Notes: generated by a model not told the origin, from the sequence alone. A stretch of DNA of 64,000 nucleotides from Octopus vulgaris (GCA_951406725.2 OX597825.1:1860001-1924000); one strand, 5' to 3'. Positions 29,667-44,522 are shown, numbered from the stretch's first letter. Program-made: numbers and translations.

Positions 29667-30068
29667 TTGACTCACTCACGTATTCCTAGATCCCCGGAAC
29701 TAGCTTGACCCAAACAACAATGACTTGTCATTTTTGTTACAAAACAACTTGACATCTACGAATAATGTAAATAAAGCTAAAATGAAAACGTTCATGTACA
29801 CACGCACACACATACATATATTTATACATACAGACGTTCGAAGACTGCTGATTCAAGCCATCACTGGGACTATAAAAATTTGTAAAATTTCCCAGAAGGT
29901 TATCATTTAAGTAAATATATTCGCATATCTAGACATGCAGCTTATATGCACGAGAATACATATATAAAACAAAATATACATATCTGCACATTCACTGACT
30001 CCAAATACTGCACTATACACACATGCATGCAAAAATACTCTGTTAATGTAGTCGACGGGATTTCGGAG

Positions 30069-30375
30069 TTCGATGTCACTGCATGGCACCTTGGGCAAGT
30101 GTTTTCTTCTATAGTTCCGGGTAGATCAATGTCTTGTCTGTAAATTTGGTAGATCGCATATGTGTGTGTGCGTGTGTGTCTATCCCCTACAGCTTGACAA
30201 CTGTTGTTGGTTCGTTTACACCCAATAACTTAGCGATTCGGAGGAAGAGTGCTGTAGAATACGTAACAGAATTTTAAAAAAAGGGTTGTGGAAATTTATT
30301 CGGCTAAATCCTTCAAGGCGGTGCACCAGCATGGCCGCAATTCACTGACTGAAACAAATGAAAGTTAAAAGTAAG
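30069..30375 (+). mobile_element. SINE family B
   Basis: TGGCACCTTGGGCAAGTG head part; 3' AAGGCGGTGCACCAGCATGGCC..GACTGAAACAA. Confidence 0.8.
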
Positions 30376-31489
30376 ATACATACATGCACAAACACACAAG
30401 TATATACATACATACATATATAATACATACATACATACATGCATGCATACACACATACATACATATATAATACACACACACATGCATGCATACACATACA
30501 TACATACATACATACATACATACATACATACATACATACATAGACTTGCAAGACGAGCACTCCGAATAGTAGCTAAGCATGTTCCCTTGTCCGTAACGGT
30601 ACTATTAACATAAATATTGGACACGTGACCGTTGCATCATATCACATTTAGAACTTTCTGATTTTTCGTTCTAAGAGCAGCAGGTATGTATGAAATAACT
30701 AATAAACGCAAGAGACAATGAAACCCTTAAAACCCACAACATGTAAAACAAAAATATCGATTATATCAGATTACTATTGAAGCTATTACACCTTGTAATT
30801 AACAGCTGCCCGAAACTGTCATCAAGGCATTACTTGCCATTACGTCATGATGTAATTGCTAAAACAAGACACAATGTCAGTCGATGGAATAACTGCTCCG
30901 GGATGAACGCATAAAACGAATCTGTTATTGAATACAAATATACAATCAGCACAAAAATTATTGGTGGAATATTCCCATGAAAACTTGGCCAAGGGCAAAA
31001 TATATAGTTTTTTTGGACAGAAAAAAAATTAACGGTTCCAGTCATTGAGTTCAGTTGTCCTGTAGATGTGAATCTTTCCTTTCACGAGCAGTTAGCAGAT
31101 GGATATGTACGGACAACTGCTTTGAAACGTGCTACGTCTCTGTCCTTCTCTTATCTTATTATAAATTCACATTTATAAAGTAATTATTGAGAATTTGACT
31201 ATCATATAATAAAACCCTATGTGTGTCCCGTCGGTCACGCTAATAGAAGGAAAGTAAAACAACAAACGGACTGGCAGTGAGTGACAACCAGAGACTCTAA
31301 ATACAGGCGAACTCTAAGAAAAGGTTTTGCTTTGAAGTCGCTGCCATATTACTACAAATAAAATTGCAAATTTTTATCGTAAATTATATCTAATGTATTA
31401 GTTTCACACACATGCACACACACATACACACATGAACTATATGTACAAATATGCATATATATATACATATCCATATATACATACATATA

Positions 31490-31690
31490 TATTGTTGTAT
31501 TTGGGGATGGTCATGTTGCCAGTTTAGCCAATAAAAACACACGTACTATATATTTGGTGTTAATTTGCTTCAGCTTTATTCTATATTAATCGTATTTCGG
31601 TCAGAGTTCTTTCGTCACACTTCTGTGACCTCATCAGTGGTCCTTTGCTTCCTTCTTTCTTATTTGTGTGTCTTTCCTTACTAATAATCA

Positions 31691-31695
<5 letters not shown>
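31490..31695 (-). mobile_element. TA-flanked insert with hammerhead core (31585-31643)
   Basis: Minus strand CTGATGA-GGTCA...TGACC-GAAATACGATT; perfect 5-bp stem II, but stems I and III are weak. Confidence 0.55.
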
Positions 31696-31720
<25 letters not shown>

Positions 31721-31721
<1 letters not shown>

Positions 31722-32230
31722 GGAAAAAAAGTTAAAGTAGAAAATGTTAAAATAATTTTATAAAAAACATTTCAGTACCCACAAGAGTAAACAAGAGAGA
31801 CAGGGTCAAGCAGAAACAAGGAATAGCCCATTGTATTTGAATACTATGCAAATATTCTTTTAAAAGTCTTTTCTTTTAATTTTAATTAAATTTAATTGAT
31901 TTCCATGCTTACAGTTGAAAAAGTCCCAATGACTGAAACCGGTACAGAAATGTTTTCTATAAAATTATTTTAGCATTTTCTACCTTGACTCTTTTTCCAC
32001 GTGTATCAACTCGTGTGTTCCTTTCCAACCTTCTACATATATTTCTTTCGTTTTCCTCCATTTTTTCTTTCTTTCTTTCTGATACCAACCTTTACTTCCT
32101 TGAGCACATAAAGAATAACATACTTTACATGTCTTTGATACAAGAATTTGGCGACACCGATTACATCGATCTGTGAAAAGTAAACAAACACGTGCACACG
32201 CATACATGTTCCCTCACGCTCGAGCATACA
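31721..32230 (+). mobile_element. Inverted pLTR pair (59-bp arms) with decayed minimal hammerhead
   Basis: 31721-31779 is inverted to 31941-31999; 31912-31947 reads CAG-TTGAAAA-AGTC-ccaat-GACT-GAAACCGGTA-CAG, and the left arm preserves the CTG that would pair as stem I. Right boundary uncertain. Confidence 0.65.
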
Positions 32231-32238
32231 CACATACG

Positions 32239-32273
<35 letters not shown>

Positions 32274-32768
32274 TTTATGTAAGCCTTTGTATGAATACAT
32301 ATATAAATATATATACATATCTATATGCATATGTATATATACATACAAACATTATATGTATGTTTTTTATATGTGTGTGTATATATGTCTGCATTTGTTT
32401 TGTATGTATATGTGTGAGTGTGTTTTGTATGTGTGTGTTTGTGCATGTCTGTATGCATGCATGTATTCGATCGAGTGTGAAGGAGGTTATATATCACCAA
32501 CAACTAATGCCTCTCTCACACATACACTCATAATACATACATATTTATTATATAATACTTGATAGCTACTTTGAAAATTCGCGATCCGGCTTTTCAAATT
32601 GATTTCTGATTGAAAAGCCAACCTTAGGCGAAACTTCGAAGTAGTTGTTAAGCTCTTTTAAAAAGAAGATATGCCTCTGTATCTTGTATTGAGTCTTTTG
32701 TAAGTGTGTGTGTGTGTGTATGTGTGTGTGTGTGTGTGTGTGTGCGTGCGCGCGCGCGTGTGTGTGTG

Positions 32769-32813
<45 letters not shown>

Positions 32814-33272
32814 ATTTGTGTGTGCATAATACACACTTGAATGGAACCATCCATGCATTTTGAAAAAAGGTAGTTCTCAGGTAACAGCGTATTTAATGTC
32901 TGTTTGTAAATGTGCATATGTGTGTTTGCAGAGTCATTCTGCGTATGTTTTTTTCTAATGTAACCATTAGTGTTGCTTTGTCTGTGTATGTAATATATGT
33001 TAGTCGGTCGATGTTGTTATAAAGATTTCATGAATAATTTATAAGTTCGAGTAACCATCAAATTTTATTTATTAATTTCTTAAAGAATGGAAACCACACC
33101 TCGTTTATGAATAACATCTTGGCGTATCTACTGTAAAGGTTTAACAATATATTTCCTGTTAGGCTCCTCTAGTTATAATAGTGATGTTGAACATAATGAC
33201 TTCTGACAGATACAAGCCCATACATTTTAGTGAGAGGAAACGATAGACTGGATATGTTTTAGCTATTTATCT

Positions 33273-33311
<39 letters not shown>

Positions 33312-34219
33312 GATAGAGGGAGAGAGACAAAGAGAGAGGGAAAGAGAGAGAGAGAGACTGGTACTTATTTAATCAACTTCACAAGGATGAACATATCAAA
33401 GTTAATTGACACAGGTGGGAATTGAAATCAAAGTATAAAGAGGTGTAACAAAAAAATACCTCATGGCAATGTTTCCAACGCCTTAACTATTCTGCCGTCA
33501 TAGACAGAAGGTCAGGCAACGTATTTGGGATGGGAAGTGGTGGAGAGGATGCTGGCCGCTAAATCGACGTCAGTGCTTGACTGATTGGTAATGGAAGTGG
33601 ACTCCAAATCTTGGAATGATTGCTTATGTTATCTTCCCTAAATTCATCCGGTAGATGAATGACAAAGGAGAAAAGTCGATTGACTCTGTTGTGATGTGAA
33701 CTTAGACCATGTAAAGAACCACCCACAAAATATTCCGTCAACCTCTCCCTACCGAACGTGCTCTTACCAATCTTCGAAATATGAATACGTACAAAATATT
33801 TTTAAAGGAACAACTGCAGTCAATTTACATTAACCCTAGGCCTTAGATAGTACTTTATTTTATTGACCTTAGAAAGATTAAAAAACAAACCTCAGACGGT
33901 AGGAATTGAACTTGGTATGAAATACAACGAAATCATATCAGCTGCTTTAATTACTTTTAGCATCTACTTTTTGCATTAACACTAATATACAACGGATATA
34001 CGAATGCAATGAGCTTGAATGTACAACTATGCGAATGTATACACGTATGTATATATGTGAGCATATGTAAGTTTATGGATATATGTGTATATACATATAT
34101 ATGTCTGTGTGTATGTATATATATCCATACACACACACACACGTATATAAACATCTGTCTATATCTATATATCTATAGCTATCTATCTAGCTATCAATCT
34201 ATCTTTCTATGTATGTATG

Positions 34220-34253
<34 letters not shown>

Positions 34254-34275
34254 TGTATGTATGTATGTATGTATG

Positions 34276-34322
<47 letters not shown>

Positions 34323-35200
34323 ATATATATCAGCAACTTTCGGTGGGGAGGGCGGTGGTAAGTCGATTACAAAGACCCCAATACTCAACTGATTTTCTCG
34401 ACCCCGAAAGGTTAAAAGCAAAGTCAGACCCCTAGGAATTTGAACTCAAAACGTAAATATATGCTAGATATTAATGTGTGCGTGTGTGTCTATATATATT
34501 ACATGTGGGAGTGTGTCTATGTATGTACATATGCGTGTGTATATATGTGCGTGCGTGTCTATGTATGTATATACACAATTCGAAATCTGATGAAGCAGGT
34601 GAGGGTTTACATTTTGAACATATTTATCTTGTTTCAAGTATAAAATGATTAAATAAAATATACAAATTTACATAATAAGTTAAATCGAATTATCAAAACA
34701 TTAAGACGTAACTTTCTGTGTACACACGGAAAGAGAGAGAACGACAGAGAGAGCGAAGGAAGGTAAGAGTGAGAGAGTAAGAGAGAGAGAGAGAGAGAGA
34801 AAGGGAGAGAGAGAGACAGAAAGAGAGAGAGAGTAAGAGTGAGGAAAAGGTGTGAGAGCGAGGGAGTGAGAGATGGGGTCGGGGAGAGAGAGAGATTACT
34901 CTGTTTGAAACCTGATAACGTGTCAAACAACATCTACAGGTAAAAGTATCTAAAGAGCATAAGAACACATCCGCTACCCGCTGTTGCGACAGCGTAACGC
35001 GATCGCAGCAGAGTTTTACATTGCGTAGAATGTTTCTGCATGAAGGAAACAGAATGTGGACATACATCAGGTACCGATCGTATCGATTTGCAGCGCAGGC
35101 ACAAGGCCACCACACCTATAATATGTAAAGGTGCGTGGGGAAGAGAAGAGGAGGGTGTCGTTATATATATATATATATATATACTTTTTTACTTTTTTAA

Positions 35201-35375
35201 TCTTTTACTTGTTTCAGTCATGTGACTGTGGCCATGCAGGAGCATCGCCTTTAGTCGAGCAAATCAACCACAGGACTTATTCTTTGTAAGCCTAGTACTT
35301 ATTCTATCGATTTCTTTTGCCGAACCGCTAAGTTACGGGGACACAAGTACAGACACACAAACATATACACGCACA

Positions 35376-35412
<37 letters not shown>

Positions 35413-35644
35413 ATGGCGGTGCCCCAGCATGGCCACAGCTCATGAGCTGAAACTAGAATCAATCAATCAATCAATATATACGACGAGGTTCTTTCAGTTT
35501 CCATCTACCAAATCCACTCACAAGGCTTTGGTCGGCCCGAGGCTATAGCAGAAAACACTTGCCCAAGGTGCCACGCAGTGGGACTGAACCCGGAACCATG
35601 TGGTTGGTAAGCAAGCTGCTTACCACGCAGCCACTCCTACGCCT
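35201..35644 (-). mobile_element. SINE family B, full length
   Basis: Head GGCGTAGGAGTGGCTGCGTGGTAAG..GGTTCAGTCCC; central microsatellite; 3' GCATGGCCACAGTCACATGACTGAAACAAGTAAAAGA. Confidence 0.9.
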
Positions 35645-36674
35645 ATATATATATATTATATATATGATGGACTCTCCCGTCTGTTTCGACGTATCGACCC
35701 TCCTCCACTAGCTCTTAACCGGTACTTTTATTTTATCGACTCTCCTCGCGGAAGAATGAAAGGCAAAGTTTAGCTATATCGAAGATAATACTTGATTGAT
35801 ACTTTATTTTATCGATTCTACCCGCCTAAAGGATGAGAAGCAAAGTTGACTATATCGAAACCAGTACTTGACGGGTGCTCTATGTTATCGATCTTAGCCC
35901 TGAAGAATGAGAGACGAAGTTCACTGCATCGAAGACAGTACTTGACTAATATTTCATTGTATCAGCCTCCAACGCCTACACCTGTACTATTGTATATATA
36001 TGTATATATGTATACATGTATACAGGCTTGGAACTACCGAAAACCACGAGACATTCATATATATATATACCTCTTTACCATATTTATTTAAACTTCAACG
36101 CATGTTACGTATATATATTTCCATGTTCACCTTCGATGTTTCTCTTCTGATAACGTCACAATAAATATGTAAATAAAGGAACCACAGAAAGAATACACAA
36201 ACACGAAACTAAACTAAACAAATCATAAAAAAACAGAAAAAAAGTCCTTTCGCAGAGCTGACAAATTCTAACCGTGAAGTGTTAGGAGAATCAGCAGTTG
36301 ATAATGATAATTTATCAATTTTGGTGATCGTAAGTGTAGTGTAGGTTTGGTGGGTGAAGCGGGTAACGGGGTATTAATTTCTGTCTACATTTTAGATTGT
36401 GGAAATATGTATAAATGTGTAGGATTTAAAACAAAATCGAATATTTTGTTATATCGCGTGTATATTATCTCCGACATCCGACCTTATACAATCTTCTTTT
36501 CATCTGCCTTTTCCTCCATCATTCTTACACACACACACACACACACACACATGTACATACATACACACCCCTGGATTCACTTCAATTGAAGTCTGACGTC
36601 CATACAACCAATCTACGCACGAACACACACGTCTATATTATACACACAGAGATGTATATATATATGAGTGTGTG

Positions 36675-36734
<60 letters not shown>

Positions 36735-36922
36735 TGAACACTTGCTAAAAGTGTAAAAAAGAAAACATGCGTATAAACATACAAATATATAGATGTGCAT
36801 GCTTCACTTGATCGATACTCCAAAATACAAAGACACACACACGCACATACGCGGGCGCGCATATATAAACACATAAATCGATAGATTAAGAATTATATAG
36901 ACCAACGGATATAGAGACTGTG

Positions 36923-36964
<42 letters not shown>

Positions 36965-37421
36965 CGCACGCATGCACACACGCACATATATATACACTCT
37001 TAATACTTTCAATATTCATTTTGACAATTGTAGAAGGAATATTTTAATGCAGGAGGTTTTGTTTGTGCGTATGTATGCGTGTTTATACATGTGTGTGTTG
37101 TACATGTGTTATGTGTGTGTGTACATTATACGATAGTTCGATTAGTGTGTGTGTCGGAGTTGAGTGCTGTGCGTGTTTTGGCGTGAAATTAAAAGAGAAA
37201 GAAAGGAAATCTCATTTACATCAACAAATGGTTTAGCTTCATTGTCATCGATAACAACGGCAGCAGCAGCAGCAGTAGCAGCAGCAACGACGACGATGAC
37301 GATGACACAACAGCAATGACAACAATAACGAGAACAACAACAACAACAACAACGACATCAACAATTATTCAATTGATGATGCCTGATGACTGCCATGACG
37401 GATCTCTTTGGATTTGTAAAG

Positions 37422-37567
37422 GCGGGTGGTGGCGGTGATGGCGGTGGCAGTGGTGGTGGTGGCGGTGGTGGTGGCGGTGGTGGCGGTGGTGGTGGTAGTA
37501 GTGGTGGTGGTGGTGGCGGTGGTGGCGGCGGCGGTAGTAGTGGTGGTGGTGGTGGTGGTGGCGGCGG
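37422..37567. repeat. (GGT/GGC)n microsatellite
   Basis: Direct reading; source of poly-G/P/T/V pseudo-ORFs. Confidence 0.9.
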
Positions 37568-38169
37568 TTTCGGTTGTGGCAACAATTACGAGATTAACAA
37601 TAACACGAACAATAGCAAATGTCGGCGGGTGGTGGGGGCATAAGTCAATATCATCGACCCCCAGTAGTACTTCACTGATGTATATTTTATTGACCCCGGA
37701 AAGACGTAAAGAAAGAAACAAACAAACTGATATCGACGTTAATCGAACTCAAAACCTAAATGACAACAGCATCATGAACAACAACAATAATCATTGTTTC
37801 TGGCATAGAGCTGAATTTCAGGAGAAAGATTAGGCGATGCCATTATTCTAAGGACGTAACTGGTACTCGATTTTGATCGATTTCGATCGATCTCGAAGAG
37901 ATATAATGTTAACTGGATTAGGTAGGGTTTGAACTCAGAGCAAAGTATCTGTATAGAGCAAGACATAATTTTTCCAACGTTCTTCCATTTGGGCCAACTC
38001 ATAAATAACAAGAATAATAACTATCATTTGTAAATTTGCCCCAAGGGCATATGTCATGAGGGGAGGGATATAGTCAATGTTATTATTCAGCATGTTCACT
38101 TGCACTTTATAGTTTTTAGCGAGGTCGCCATGGATGGATGCAACTCGAATCCGTCGGCAGGATAATCCT

Positions 38170-38618
38170 ATTAAAGCACAAGGTCTGATATTTTAGGTGG
38201 GGCGTCTTGTCGATTACATCGACCCTAGTGCTTGACTGCTACTTACTTCATCGACCTCGACAGGACGACAGGATGAAAGGCAAGGTTGACCTCGGCAAAA
38301 TTTGAACCCGGAACATAAAGACGGACGAAATGCTGTCAAACATTTAGTCCGGCGTGCTAACGACTCTGCCAGTTCGCTGTCTTATTAACAACTGCTTTCA
38401 AATTTCAAATTTGACACAAGGCCAGCAATTTCGCTTGAGGGGTTAAGTCGATTACATCGATCCCAGTGCTCAACTGATACTTATTTTATCGACATCGAAA
38501 GGGTGAAAGGCAAAGTAGACCTTGGTGGAATTTGAACTCAGAACGGTGAAGCCAAGCGAAATGCCGCTAAGTATTTCGCCCGGCGTGCTAACCACCTTGC
38601 CAGCTCGTTCGCCTGCCC
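38170..38618 (-). mobile_element. Two tandem SINE family A copies (38170-38383, 38393-38618)
   Basis: Each has core and head matching the family. Confidence 0.88.
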
Positions 38619-39809
38619 TAACAACACTAAAATTAAGACAAGCAGAAGTAATTACAATAAAACAGATGAATCCCCTAAACAATCCCTGTTTTAGGATTAA
38701 CCTAAGTGTAACACTGGGTGATAGAGGGTGGGGTGGATATTTGTATTTTAAACCCAGGTTGACCCTAAACGTGCAGCCAATTGCCAGAATTTCAAACCGT
38801 TTCCTTTTTTATTATTTCTTTCTTTATTTATTTCTTCATTTATTTATTTATTTTATTTTCGAGCAAGTTATTTATCCAGTATCTTTTAAAGAGTGTACTG
38901 AGACATGAGGAAGATTTGGCTTCTATTTCTAACCGATCGGAAAAGAGCACATAGAAGTCACCTCATTATAAGTAGCACATATTGAAGTATATATTTATAT
39001 ATATATATGTATGTATGTATATATATATATATATGTGTGTGTGTGTATGTATATATATATATATTTGTATGTATATATATATGTATATATGTATGTGTAC
39101 ATGGACATGTATGTATCTATGTATGGATGGATGTGTGTGCATATATATATATGTGTGTGTGTGTATATATGCGTGTATGTATGTATGTGTGTGTGTGTGT
39201 ATATATGGGTGTATGTATGTATATGGATGTAGCGAGAGAGAGAGAAGGTACGAGTGCGCGTAGGCTGTCGTGTATGCGTGCATGAACATGTATGTTTGTG
39301 TCTAACTCAACAAAAACTATGATGACTCCTAGCATAGGCACAGGATCACAGAGTTTGTTGGAAGAAAGACTGGCAAATCGATCTCCCGTCCATCACTGCT
39401 GCATTTTCTGTTGTCACCGTCCCCAAATGAGGTAAGACGAAATTTGACCGCGTCAAGTTTTCAACTCGCAGCATGGGATGAGAAAAACAAGATGAAGAGA
39501 ACCCAAGCGGAGGTAAAGAGGCTTGAAAAAAGAAAAAAAGAAAAAAAATACCCGCAAAAATATATCTACCAGTTCTACCACAGCAATAACACAGAAAAGC
39601 ACAAAGCTTTCTGTCAGTGTATAGTAAAATAGGTGTTTGTTACAAAAATGGATGGGAATGTGTGAGAGATGAAGATATCTATCTAGCTGGATAGTTAAGC
39701 TGTCGAGATGGAGAGATAGTAAAACTGTGTCTTTCCGTGTCGCGCCGTACCGTGACGATGTATGCGTTAGTATACATATACATACATACATATACATATA
39801 TGTATATAC

Positions 39810-39897
<88 letters not shown>

Positions 39898-40062
39898 GTA
39901 TATATGTATATATGTATATACACATACACACACACACACTCACACATATATATATATAGAGAGAGACAGAGAGAGGGACGAAGAGAGAGACGGACAGATA
40001 GATAAATAGATAGATTTATAGACAATCACAAAAATATACACACCTATATACTTGTGTATGTT

Positions 40063-40096
<34 letters not shown>

Positions 40097-40142
40097 ATAC
40101 ATATTATATATATTATAATATATATATATAATATAATATAGA

Positions 40143-40267
<125 letters not shown>

Positions 40268-40826
40268 TACATAGAGATATAGATATACAATGACACATAC
40301 GAAGCCAGAATACTCTTTCCACGGCGTATATACAAAGTGTTGATGAGAAGATATCACTTTCCTGCAGTTAGATGTGGATTTGAATGAAGAACTCCGAGTA
40401 GCAACAAAAGAGAGCGACAATACATGCATACGAACATACAAGCACAAACATTCAGATGCATGTAAACACACACACACACACACACGTGCATATATATTTG
40501 TGTATATAAGAAAGTATGTATGTGTATATATATATATATTAATATACATATGCATAGGAATTCTCTCTCTCTCTCACAGACACACACACGTATATGCCGC
40601 CGAACACAGAGCCGAATGCGTTGGTTGCGTTTGCGCTGCTTTGCATCCGTCGCCCGAGCTGATGGCGGCAGCGCCCACGAACATTCGAAAAGGCGTGCAC
40701 CCCTGCCCCGAATGGATTCCCCCGTCGCAGGAATGAAGCAGAAGAGAGCTTAGTGTTTTTACATAACACCTGTAACGGATCTTAAAACTTGTGTATACAT
40801 GTATAAGTGTGTGTGTGTGTGTGTTT

Positions 40827-40857
<31 letters not shown>

Positions 40858-40915
40858 CATTCGCAAGCGAGTTGGTGTGCATGTAGAGATGGAGGGAGAG
40901 AATGAGTGAGACAGA

Positions 40916-41013
<98 letters not shown>

Positions 41014-41486
41014 GGGACAGATAGAAGAGGGTGGAAAAGAAAGAACTAAAAAAGAGAAAGTTACAAAGACAGAAAGGAAAAAAGAAATATATAAAGGGAG
41101 AGAGAGAGAGAAAATAGAGAGAGAGAGGAATGGCAGGCAGGATGAAGAGGGGGGGATGGCTGGATTACTGTATGGATGGTTGAATTATTGGTTTCACTGA
41201 AGGATGTATGAATTGACGGTTGGATTGATGGATTGATGAATGGATAATTGGATAGAGGAGGTTGATTGAACGATGGATGCATAGATTGATGGATGGATGG
41301 ATGGATGGATGAATGGCGGCATGTAGCGATATATATATATGCATATATATATATATATATACATACAATATCAAACATAGCAATAAAATATCATTTAAAG
41401 AGGAAACCCTAGAAAGTCCTGTTGGCATGGAAATCACACAAATCTACTAATATAGTGGTATATATATATGTATATATATATATATA

Positions 41487-41568
41487 TTAATAAAGCTGCA
41501 AAGACATCACAAAAACTGTTACTCAGAGTTTCACATTCCCGCTAGTCGGACAATTTTGGTTGAGAATG
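41487..41568 (-). mobile_element. TA-embedded fragment with minimal hammerhead-like motif (41516-41554)
   Basis: Minus strand TGT-CCGACTA-GCG-GGAA-TGT-GAAACTCTGAGTA-ACA; a second, internally deleted copy lies at 51738-51800 (+). Confidence 0.6.
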
Positions 41569-41580
41569 TATATATATATA

Positions 41581-41643
<63 letters not shown>

Positions 41644-41787
41644 CATATATATACATACATGTATATGCGTGAAAAAACAAGATACAGATAAGCTGCAAGA
41701 CACACACACACACACGTAAATCTGAGTATGTATATGTATCACTGCTTGTGTGTGTGTTTATATATATATATACATACATACATATCC

Positions 41788-41837
<50 letters not shown>

Positions 41838-41858
41838 TTATATATATATATATATATG

Positions 41859-41909
<51 letters not shown>

Positions 41910-41928
41910 TTATATATATATATATATG

Positions 41929-41970
<42 letters not shown>

Positions 41971-42457
41971 TATATACATATTTATATATACATATATATC
42001 AATTTGTACAAATACGCGTGCTGTGTGTGTTTTTATGCCTGTATGTATGCATACGTACATACATGTATACGCAGACACACATATATATATATATATATGT
42101 ATGTGTATATATATACAGTGAGAAGCGGAAGGAGAAAAACAGACATGAAAAGTTAGTCAAATAAGTACTAACATATCAAAATACATATGTACATACAATA
42201 CATACATGCACACATCGATAGATACACACACACACAAACATTTATACATACACACATATACATACAGACATTGGTACACATTTGCATGACTACGTACATC
42301 TGTTAATAGTTAATGTGTTGAAAGAAAGTTTTTAACGCATCGATCCAGAATGATAGATTTGAAACAAAGACATAGATTTCCTTCTATGTAAGAATATTTC
42401 TATATACCTATATACGTATGCATGTATTTATGCATGTATGTATACGTATAATACACA

Positions 42458-42511
<54 letters not shown>

Positions 42512-42822
42512 TACACTTGAGGCGTATGTTATTCCATACACTCATACATATATAGATATGTAATATGCTTTTCGATGAAACTTTGTGTATAAGTACGCGT
42601 GTATCTATGTATATATGCATGTATGTATATACATATTATATATTTATACGTATATATGTTGATATGGATCCGTGAATACACCCACCCACCTACGAACAGT
42701 CGCATTGTAATATGAATCCAAAGTGAGTGTAAACATACCCGCCTAAACATACTCATTCACACTCACAAACACATATATACACTCGCATACATACTTTTTC
42801 TTGTTCACATATTTACATACCC

Positions 42823-43015
42823 ATATCACATTATTTTGAATGAATTTGTGTACATGTGAACATGCGTGTATATATATATACACACACATATACACACATA
42901 TATATTCATATGTATATATGAGTATATATATACACGCACGTTCACATGTACACAAATTCATTCAAAATAATGTGATATATATATACACACACATATACAC
43001 ACATATATATTCATA

Positions 43016-43022
<7 letters not shown>
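42823..43022. repeat. Local inverted plus direct duplication (A-B-A'-B)
   Basis: 42823-42878 is inverted to 42923-42978 (1 mismatch); the spacer is directly repeated at about 42977-43022. Confidence 0.85.
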
Positions 43023-43066
<44 letters not shown>

Positions 43067-43114
43067 GTATGCACACACATCTATAAATATATTTTGCGTA
43101 TACATATACATACA

Positions 43115-43149
<35 letters not shown>

Positions 43150-43876
43150 TTACATTATTTACATCATTTACATATAGTGGTGTGTATATAGATAAATATT
43201 CATATGTATACAAGTATATACAAACATATTTGTAAACATATATATATATACATGCATACATTCATTACACACACAGATAAGTTTATACCTATACACACAC
43301 GCGTCACACACGTCACACACTTATATACACTCTCCACTCTAGCTCTGGTTTGCAGAAGTACAAAATATTGTCCAGATGAATAACTTTGAATGAATAAATA
43401 ACATTGTCAAATGGATAAATAATCAAAAACGAAACACACCGAATGAAACAGTGGCTATATATATGTATATGTATATATATATGTATATATATGTATAAAG
43501 TATCATTTGTATAAAGAGAGCAAAGTGTTTAAAGAGTCGATATTAATGTGGGAAGGGTGGCTGGGCCCGAGAGAAGGGGTTAAAATGTCGTCTGCTTCTT
43601 CGTAGGAGTTGTTTTGTGGTGGATGAGTTTAAGAAGGGATGATGGATGTGGGTGGTCATGTAGGAACATGTATGCGTGGAGGGTTATGTGTGTGTATATG
43701 TACTTTTGTTTGCATGTGGCTATGTATGCATGGTATGTGTGTGTGTGTGTGTATATATATATGTGTGTGTATATATATATATATGTATGTATATATATAT
43801 ATGTGTATATATATATATGTATACACACACACATATATATATATATGTATATATATATGTGTATATATATATATGT

Positions 43877-43924
<48 letters not shown>

Positions 43925-44224
43925 GTATATATATATATGTATACACATACACACACACATGTATGCATGTATATATACACATACGCATGATTTTAAGCTG
44001 TCTCTCTGTATATGTATATATATATATACATAGGTACATGCATATACATATATGTGTGTACATGTATGTATATATAATGTAATATATATATTGTATATAC
44101 ATACATACATAAATACATCTATCTATATATTATATATGTATATATATATATACATACTCATATAAAACATGCGTACGTACTTATAAACATACATGCATAC
44201 ACGTTAAGTGTTTTGCACATTCAG

Positions 44225-44522
44225 ACGATTTGTGATGGTTGTGTGGCCATGCTGGGGCACCATTATGCATATACGTATGTATGTGTGTACGTATATCAAT
44301 GTGTGTATCGGTGCATAAGTGTGTGCCCCTGTGTATGGGTATGTATGCGTCCATGCTTGTGTACTTGCATTGCATGTATATGTGTGTGTGTATATATATA
44401 TATATATACGAGTGTGTTTGTGTACGTCAATGTTTTGTACGCGGGTGCGTATGTTTGTACGGGTGGGTTCCTGTGTGTTGGTTGGTGGTGTATATATGGG
44501 GGTATATGGTTACTTGTGTTTG
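44225..44522. repeat. Left copy of ~300-bp inverted duplication (partner 52088-52425)
   Basis: Colinear match to the reverse complement of 52088-52425, including non-microsatellite sequence such as GGGTATATG..TTACTTGTGTTT. Confidence 0.75.

Noticed and set aside
37358-37833. Poly-Gly/Pro/Thr/Val ORFs
   Set aside because: (GGT/GGC)n repeat among SINE remnants; no splice or domain evidence.
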